Positions 62,487 through 64,000 of a stretch of DNA of 64,000 nucleotides are shown here, piece by piece. The notes under the pieces are model-generated. The model had not been told where the DNA came from. It did no database searches and worked only from the letters and a program-made list of their open reading frames with translations. The stretch covers positions 368,915 through 432,914 of the forward strand of contig JWKQ01000001.1 of the NCBI GenBank assembly GCA_000806115.1, read 5' to 3'. How positions within the stretch are numbered: the first letter of the stretch is position 1; every line of letters starts with the position of its first letter. Position numbers and translations under genes: made by a program. This DNA is from an archaeon GW2011_AR5 (GTDB lineage Archaea > Aenigmatarchaeota > Aenigmatarchaeia > GW2011-AR5).

Positions 62487-63662
62487 CTATTTGTAGAATA
62501 AGCGCGTGGCTACGGTTGTATAGAGCACAGTACCCAGTATGACTATGAACACAAGGTCGGAAAATATCGCCGCATCCGGTATGCCGTAAGCCACAGGGAG
62601 CTGGGCGAGCACCGCAGCTGCCAGTCCGCGCGGCACCATGGTGCGCATCATGTTCTTCTCCGAGCCTGTTAGGTGCATCTTGTACATGGTTATCTGGGCT
62701 GCCACAAGGCGCGCCAGTATAAGGGCGCCGCAAATCGCAAGCCCGTATATCAGGTAGGTCGTGTTGACGCTGACGATTATGCCCAGATAGACGAAGAAAA
62801 ACGCCCGGATAAAGAAGGACACCTCGTTCTGGAAGGTGCGAAGCAGCTTGGAGAAGCCGAATCGCCTCTTCATGCGGAGCATCGTGGAGAAAGCGCCGCC
62901 GTTGCCAAGCACCAAGCCGAAGGCGAGGGCTGCTATGGCTCCGCTTCCCGAGGCTGATTCCACGAAAACATAAAGCAGGAAAAGCACCGCCAAGGTGAGC
63001 ATATAGTCGAACGGCCTGCCCTTGAGCTTGTCAAGCACGAAAAGCCATATCAGTCCCGCGATCAGTCCGATGACTGCGCCGATGGAGAAAGCGGAAAGAA
63101 CGCCCTGAACCGGCGAGATTTGCGCGGCGCTGTGAGAGATGAGGTTGAGCATCACGATGGCACCGACAATCACAAGCGGGTCGGTGAGTATGGATTCTAG
63201 GGTGACTATCATCTTGGGGCTTTCGCGCATGTGCAGCCTCTTGACTATCGTTATGGCTATCTCGGACGAGGTGCTGCCGACTATGATTCCCAGCAATACA
63301 GAGTAGAGGAGGCTCAGCCCTATGAAATAATACGACACGGCGGCAACCGCAGTCACGGAAATCGCTATTCCGACAACGGCAAGCGCGATGCTCCGGGGGA
63401 AGGAGCGCAGCATCTTGTAGAAATCCATGTTTATGCCGGCGTCGAACAATATAATGAGCAAAGCCAGCGCGGCGAGAAAGGGGGATATGGACACGAAAAG
63501 CGCCCGGTCGACGAGGTTGAACACGGGCCCTATAAGCAGCCCGAATATTATTAGCCAGAAAACATCGGGTATCCGGGTTTTGTCAAAGAACAGGTAGCCG
63601 ACGTAGCCGACTATTATGGTGATGCCGAACAAAGCCAGAATGCTAAAAGAGTCCAGAACCAT
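62487..63662 (-). CDS. cation:proton antiporter (Na+/H+ exchanger family)
   Basis: 391 aa, 11-12 TM segments, with a typical FDAGI...motif region (LFDAGINMDF). Confidence 0.8.
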   Translation of the reverse strand: MVLDSFSILALFGITIIVGYVGYLFFDKTRIPDVFWLIIFGLLIGPVFNLVDRALFVSISPFLAALALLIILFDAGINMDFYKMLRSFPRSIALAVVGIAISVTAVAAVSYYFIGLSLLYSVLLGIIVGSTSSEIAITIVKRLHMRESPKMIVTLESILTDPLVIVGAIVMLNLISHSAAQISPVQGVLSAFSIGAVIGLIAGLIWLFVLDKLKGRPFDYMLTLAVLFLLYVFVESASGSGAIAALAFGLVLGNGGAFSTMLRMKRRFGFSKLLRTFQNEVSFFIRAFFFVYLGIIVSVNTTYLIYGLAICGALILARLVAAQITMYKMHLTGSEKNMMRTMVPRGLAAAVLAQLPVAYGIPDAAIFSDLVFIVILGTVLYTTVATRLFYK

Positions 63663-63747
63663 GACTTAATTTGGCTCCACTCAGTATATATTATTTTGGT
63701 AAAATTTTTAGGAAAGGCGGAAAGAAAATCCGGGCATTGGACATAAC

Positions 63748-63754
63748 TTTTTAA
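63748..63754 (+). promoter_or_regulatory. TATA-box-like element upstream of the interrupted tRNA
   Basis: TTTTTAA is centred about 30 nt upstream of 63781. Confidence 0.35.
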
Positions 63755-63780
63755 GTTGCCGCGAGAAAACACTTCAGGCT

Positions 63781-63951
63781 GCCAACGTAGCTCAATCTGG
63801 CAGAGCATCTCACAGCCCTTTTCTCGCTTCGCTCCAAAAGCGCTGGCGGAAAAGAACGAGAAATTGTATCTCATCTTTAGAGACGCGCCTTCGGCGCCGT
63901 CAGTGATAGAAAGAGATGAGAAGGTTGGGGGTTCGATTCCTCCCGTTGGCT
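63781..63951 (+). tRNA. tRNA gene interrupted by about 97 nt in the anticodon region (anticodon not assignable by eye)
   Basis: Acceptor gccaacg/cgttggc. D-arm gctc-aatctggca-gagc. Anticodon-stem strands tctca (63808) / tgaga (63917). Variable loop aggtt. T-arm ggggg-ttcgatt-cctcc. 171 nt in total. Confidence 0.6.
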
Positions 63952-64000
63952 TTCATTTGCAGTAATCACTGTTCTTGCCGGACACTCCGTCAGTTGCCGG

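Noticed and set aside
63869-63880. Reading the interrupted tRNA as a UUA-anticodon (UAA-suppressor) tRNA using stem ctcat/atgag and loop ctTTAga
   Set aside because: That register leaves two nucleotides between the D-stem and anticodon stem and a 6-nt variable loop. The register that fits the rest of the cloverleaf (tctca/tgaga) gives no loop with U33. The anticodon is therefore left unassigned rather than claiming a suppressor.
1-64000. rRNA genes, RNase P/SRP RNA, riboswitches
   Set aside because: I saw no rRNA-like conserved stretches. No spacer could be matched by eye to these RNAs. A covariance-model scan would be needed to exclude the small ones.

Overview
This window looks like an archaeal chromosomal segment. 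Evidence is PCNA, intein-bearing RtcB with archease, Mre11-Rad50, SepF, a CDP-alcohol phosphatidyltransferase, interrupted tRNA genes and TATA-like promoters. I cannot assign a lineage by eye. Recognisable genes include a PadR-sufCBDSU Fe-S operon, an antioxidant cluster (two peroxiredoxins, Fe/Mn SOD, a desulforedoxin-like microprotein), Glu dehydrogenase, CTP synthase, endonuclease III, an RNase HIII-type RNase H, several transporters, secreted Cys-rich and repeat proteins, and many zinc-ribbon microproteins. There is no rRNA and no CRISPR array. Four things stand out. (1) Six ORF-free, multi-hairpin intergenic elements share one orientation and show compensatory stem changes. Hairpin modules are nested inside them with short direct repeats, and similar insertions sit in or next to both tRNA genes. 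A second two-copy structured family is also present. (2) A tight six-gene operon is built around a HerA/FtsK-like ATPase and lies divergent from mre11-rad50. (3) A ~6 kb G+C-rich island carries bacterial-looking genes: a TM-LysM-vWA protein, a zinc-ribbon membrane protein, a lipoprotein and an ACP-like protein. (4) Homing-endonuclease and foreign-looking insertions are present: the RtcB intein, a free-standing LAGLIDADG gene and an AT-rich two-gene cassette. All functional calls come from motif recognition by eye. Starts of small ORFs are tentative.
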